A stretch of 64,000 nucleotides of DNA, taken from Planctomycetota bacterium (GTDB lineage Bacteria > Planctomycetota > B15-G4 > SIAN01). Position 1 is the stretch's first letter; the number at the start of each line of letters is the position of its first letter. This document shows, piece after piece, positions 62,700 through 64,000 of the stretch. The position numbers and the translations under genes were made by a program. A model generated the notes under the pieces. That model saw only the letters and a program-made list of their open reading frames with translations. It was not told where the DNA came from and did no database searches. The stretch is taken from contig JANNXA010000051.1 in assembly GCA_031409275.1 (NCBI GenBank), positions 96,001-160,000 of the forward strand. Direction: 5' to 3'.

Positions 62700-63296
62700 A
62701 TGCTCAAGAGAGTGGCCTGCATCGCACTGCTTTCCTTGCCGGCGATCGGCTCGACCCAGGTCGTCCCGTCGCAGCCGCAGCGCGCGTTCCCCGAAACGAG
62801 CACGCGTGGCAGCGCGCGGCTCTTTTACTGGGGCGGCGACCGCTCGGCGGGACAGCTCACGCTGGACTACGGTCAGCCGCCTTGGAAGGACGCGTACGAC
62901 CAGCAGATCGACGCGCAGCTCGGTGTCCGCTGGCGTCTCGGCCAGAACTTCTGGACCACGCTCGACACCAACGTCGACTTCACGGTCGCGACCAGTGAAG
63001 TGCTCGCGGGCTACTACTACGTCGTGCTCGAGCGCAAGAAACCTGACGGCGAGTACGTGCTGTGGCTGCTCGATCCGGTGGCGATCCGCGACGCGCACCA
63101 GGACGCATTCCACGCCGCGCGAACCGAAGGCGGCATCGAGATCCCGCTGATCCATCGCGAAGTGGCGACGAAGGCCGCGCAGCTGACCATGCGCCTCGAC
63201 GTCGACGCCCAGCGCAAGGACGGCGCGAACCTCGTCCTCCAGTTCGGCCGACACGAGCTGACCGCGGCACTCGCCCTCTCGCCGGCGCGCGGCTGA
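62700..63296 (+). CDS. DUF2911 domain protein
   Basis: Signal peptide; LDYGQP, WRLGQN..TTLDT..D, LAGYY. Confidence 0.75.
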   Translation: MLKRVACIALLSLPAIGSTQVVPSQPQRAFPETSTRGSARLFYWGGDRSAGQLTLDYGQPPWKDAYDQQIDAQLGVRWRLGQNFWTTLDTNVDFTVATSEVLAGYYYVVLERKKPDGEYVLWLLDPVAIRDAHQDAFHAARTEGGIEIPLIHREVATKAAQLTMRLDVDAQRKDGANLVLQFGRHELTAALALSPARG

Positions 63297-63376
63297 ACGC
63301 AAGGCGAACGCCCGCGCGCCCTCCACGGTACGATCGCCGCACTTTTGCCGCGTCGTACTCGTTGGGGGAACTTCGA

Positions 63377-64000
63377 ATGTCCGCGAATGCTCGTGCCTCG
63401 AATTCCAGCGGCCGCACGCTGCAGCTGCTGCTCGTCGTCATCGCGCTCGGCGTGGGCGGCTACTACCTGCTACCAGGGTTGCGCACGAGGGTCGATCAGC
63501 AGCTCGAAAAGGTGGGCGGCTGGAACGACGCGGCGCGCCGCCACGACCCGGTCGGTTTCATCGACTTCTCGATCACCAAGCTCGAGACGAACATCGGCAA
63601 GTTCGACGAGGTGAAGGGAAGCCTCGCGATCGCCAAGGTGCAGCTCGCGAAGCTGCACGAACAGAACGCGTCGAAGCTCGCCTTCGCCGGCAAGCAGCTC
63701 GACGAGTTCAAGGGCGCCTTCAAGGCAGCGACGGGCGGCAAGGGATGGCCCGTCGACCTCGCGGGCAAGAGCTACTCCGAAGCCGACCTGAAGCAGCAGG
63801 TGAACCTCCTGTTGAACCAGAAGAGCTCCTTCGAGAGCGTGTTGAAGCAGACGCAGTCGGGGCTCGACGCCACCGGCAAGCGCGAGATGGAGATCGTCGG
63901 GCGCGTGACGGAGAGCCGCGCCAAGCTCGACCTGCTGAAGACGCAGCGCGAACTGGTGAAGGTCGCCAAGCTCACCGCCGACACCGAGAAGCTGCTCGGC
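63377..64000 (+). CDS. Membrane-anchored coiled-coil protein, PspA/IM30-like (runs off window)
   Basis: Manual translation MSANARAS...LLLVVIALGVGGYYLL...HDPVGFIDFSITKLE... with long heptad-rich helices, open to the window end. Confidence 0.6.
   Translation, partial: MSANARASNSSGRTLQLLLVVIALGVGGYYLLPGLRTRVDQQLEKVGGWNDAARRHDPVGFIDFSITKLETNIGKFDEVKGSLAIAKVQLAKLHEQNASKLAFAGKQLDEFKGAFKAATGGKGWPVDLAGKSYSEADLKQQVNLLLNQKSSFESVLKQTQSGLDATGKREMEIVGRVTESRAKLDLLKTQRELVKVAKLTADTEKLLG

Overview
Very GC-rich bacterial DNA, probably an uncultured Planctomycetota lineage (inferred from HEAT-VWA, FG-GAP, C-terminally extended ECF sigma and TPR-alpha-2-macroglobulin genes). It holds about 41 mostly housekeeping or envelope genes: blaR1/blaI-like pair, giant alpha-2-macroglobulin, DsbD, TPP riboswitch-thiC, hsp20, a split leucine-catabolism set, nadA, several glycosyltransferases, queA-ligA, two acyl-CoA/ACP ligases, plsC, xdhC, pdxR-pdxS-pdxT and an ECF sigma. 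The top find is a DsbD-type thiol:disulfide interchange protein whose thioredoxin active site reads FTGFT-TGA-INC, an in-frame UGA at the first Cys of CxxC followed by a SECIS-like hairpin, i.e. a candidate UxxC selenoprotein with duplicated N-terminal domains. Also found: a 161-bp TA-duplicating MITE inside a triply damaged ATPase pseudogene, twin palindromic operators between blaI and a thioester-less alpha-2-macroglobulin, a three-box MocR operator over TTGACA, a sigma54 promoter before hsp20 and a possible ACG start codon. No tRNA, rRNA or CRISPR array was seen. All family calls are by motif recognition; no searches were run.
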